Assembly: GCF_020745735.1 (NCBI RefSeq)
Contig: NC_083417.1
Span: forward strand, 64,232,001-64,296,000
DNA: 64,000 nucleotides
DNA from: Hemiscyllium ocellatum
Lineage: Eukaryota
Direction of reading: 5' to 3'
The position numbers were made by a program, and so were the translations under genes. Positions 61,930 to 64,000 of the stretch are shown here, in pieces; position 1 is the first letter of the stretch; each line of letters begins with the position of its first letter. The notes beneath the pieces were generated by a model. The model did not search any database. It was not told where the DNA came from and saw nothing but the letters and a program-made list of their open reading frames with translations.

Positions 61930-64000
61930 AGGATGTCAACCTTGGATTCCAAGTGTACGTAAGGTTGGAGAGACAGTTAGAGGCAATGAGGAACTTACAA
62001 GAGCATGGGGGTGTGATAGATGGCATCAGTAGGAAGGGAGAGAAGTTTCAGATACAGTCACATAGATGGGGTAATTCCAGGAAAGGTAAGAGAGTGTTGG
62101 AAAATATGGGGGGTGATGGATTCTCAGGGGGGCGTAGCATGAACAGACGTATTTCTGGTATTGAGACTGGCTCTATTGCAATGAGGGGTAAGTCGGGTTC
62201 CAAGAGATCAATTGTATTAAGGGACTCTCTAGTCCGATGTACAAAGAAATGTTTCTGTGGCCAGCAGTGAAAAATCAGAATGGTGTGTTGCTTCCCTGAT
62301 TCTATCATCAAGGATGTCAGAGAGGGTGCAGAATGTTTTCAAGGGGAGGAGGACCAGCAGGACGTCATTATATACAATAGAACCAATGACATAGGAAGGG
62401 AAAAGGTTGAGATTTTGAGGGGAGATTACAGAGAGTAAGGCAGGAATTTAAAAAGGAAGTCCTCGGGAGGAGTAATATCTTGATTAGTCCTGGGGCTACG
62501 AGGTAGTAAGGGCAGGAATAGGAGGATAGAGCAGATGCATGCATGGCTGAGCAGCTCGTATATGGGAGAAGGATTCACATTTTTGGATCATTGGATTCTC
62601 TTTTGGCGTTGAAGTGACCTGTACAAAAAGGACGGATTGACTAATTTGGAAGGGGACTAATATACTGGCAGGGTGATTTGTTAGAGCTACTTGGGTAAAT
62701 TTAAGCTGGTAAATTGACAGGATGGGCTCCAGGGAGATAGTGAAGAAAGAGATCAATCTGAGACTCGTACAGTTGAGAACAGAAGCGAGTAAAACAGTCA
62801 GTGCAGGTAGGAACAAAGCGGAGAACAAGGGAGGACTGATAAATTAAACAGCATTTATTTCAGTGCAAGGGGCCTAACAGGGAAGGCAGATGAACTCAGG
62901 GCATGGTTGGGAACATGGGACTGGGATATCGTAGCAATTACAGAAACATGGCTGAGAGATGGACAGGCCTGGCAGCTTAACTTTGAAGGATACATATGCT
63001 AAAGGGAGGATAGAAAGGGAGGCAAGAGAGGAGGGGAGTGGTGTTTTTCATAAGGGATAGCATTACAGAGAGGATATTTCCAGAAATATATCCAGGGAAG
63101 TTATTTGTGTGGAACTGAGAAATAAAAAGAGGATGACCACCTTACTAGGATAGTGTTATAGACCTCCTAAATAGTCAGGGGAAATTGAGAAACAAATTTG
63201 TAAGGAGATCTCAGTTATCTGTAAGAATAATGGAGTGGTTATCGTAGAGGTTTTTAACTTTCCAAAAAGAGACTGGGACTGCCAAAGTGAAGGGCTTAGA
63301 TGGAGAGGAATTTATTAAGTGTGTACAAGAAAATTTTCTGATTCAGTTTGTGGATGTACCTGCTAGAGAAGATGCAAAACTTGACCAACTCTTGGGAACT
63401 AAGGCAGGGCAGGTGATTGAGGTGTCAGTGGGCACCACTTTTGGGCCGGCGATCAAATTCTATTAATTTTAAAATATTGATGGAAAAGGATAGACCAGAT
63501 CTAAAAGTTGAAGTTCTAAACTGGAGAATGGCCAACTTTGACGGCATTAGGCAAGAGCCTTCAAAAGCTGATTGGGGCAAATTGCTCACAGGTAAAATGA
63601 TGGCTGGAAATTGGGAAGCCTTCAGACATGAGATAATGAGAGTCCAGAGAAAGTATATTCCTGCTAGGGTAAAAGGATAGACGAGTAGTTATAGGGAATG
63701 CTGGATGACTAAAGAAATTGAGGGTTTGGTTAAACAAAAGAAGGAAGCATATGTCAGGTATAGGCAGGATCGATCGAGTAAATCCTTAGAAGACAATAGG
63801 AGTATACTTAAGAGGGAAATCAGGAGGGCAAAAAGGGGACATGAGATCGCTTTGGCAAATAAAGTTAAAGAGAATCCAAAGCGTTTTTACAAATACATTA
63901 AGCACAAAAGGGTAACTCGGGAGAGAATAGGGCCCCTCAAAGATCAGAAAGGCAGCCTTTGTGTGGAGCCGCAGAAAATTGGGGAGACACTAAACGAGTA
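61930..64000 (+). mobile_element. CR1 LINE 5' part: ORF1 (SGNH esterase-like) and ORF2 AP endonuclease, with stops; continues beyond the window
   Basis: VLRDSLVR, MVCCFP; ARGLTGKADELRAWL..WDWDIVAITETWL; YRPP; DHNS-like region in ORF 63417..63680. Confidence 0.9.

Overview
Repeat-rich vertebrate DNA, very probably from a shark or other cartilaginous fish (inferred from the HE1-type SINE and the CR1 and Penelope-like families). I reconstructed one apparently intact 7-exon gene by hand on the minus strand (CDS 53693->48292, 1128 nt, 375 aa). It encodes leader - V domain with a germline-joined J-like motif - C1-set domain - uncharged TM - a tail with three ITIMs, i.e. an antigen-receptor-like VJ-C1 inhibitory receptor. 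A homologous V pseudo-exon lies on the plus strand (6205-6508), and two much more decayed V-like remnants suggest a birth-and-death receptor cluster. Much of the remainder is mobile DNA: about ten CR1 LINE pieces; several Penelope-like element (PLE) families carrying minimal type I hammerhead ribozymes (HHR), five with intact cores; an ORF1-only L1 with intact ends; two Gypsy LTR/PBS/gag remnants; SINEs; and a MITE. The most unusual non-coding signal is a recurrent ~215-bp fold-back element built from two inverted PLE termini with an HHR core at the turn. One copy (7100-7313) has perfect 87-bp arms and a 14-bp TSD. All protein assignments come from motif recognition, not database searches.
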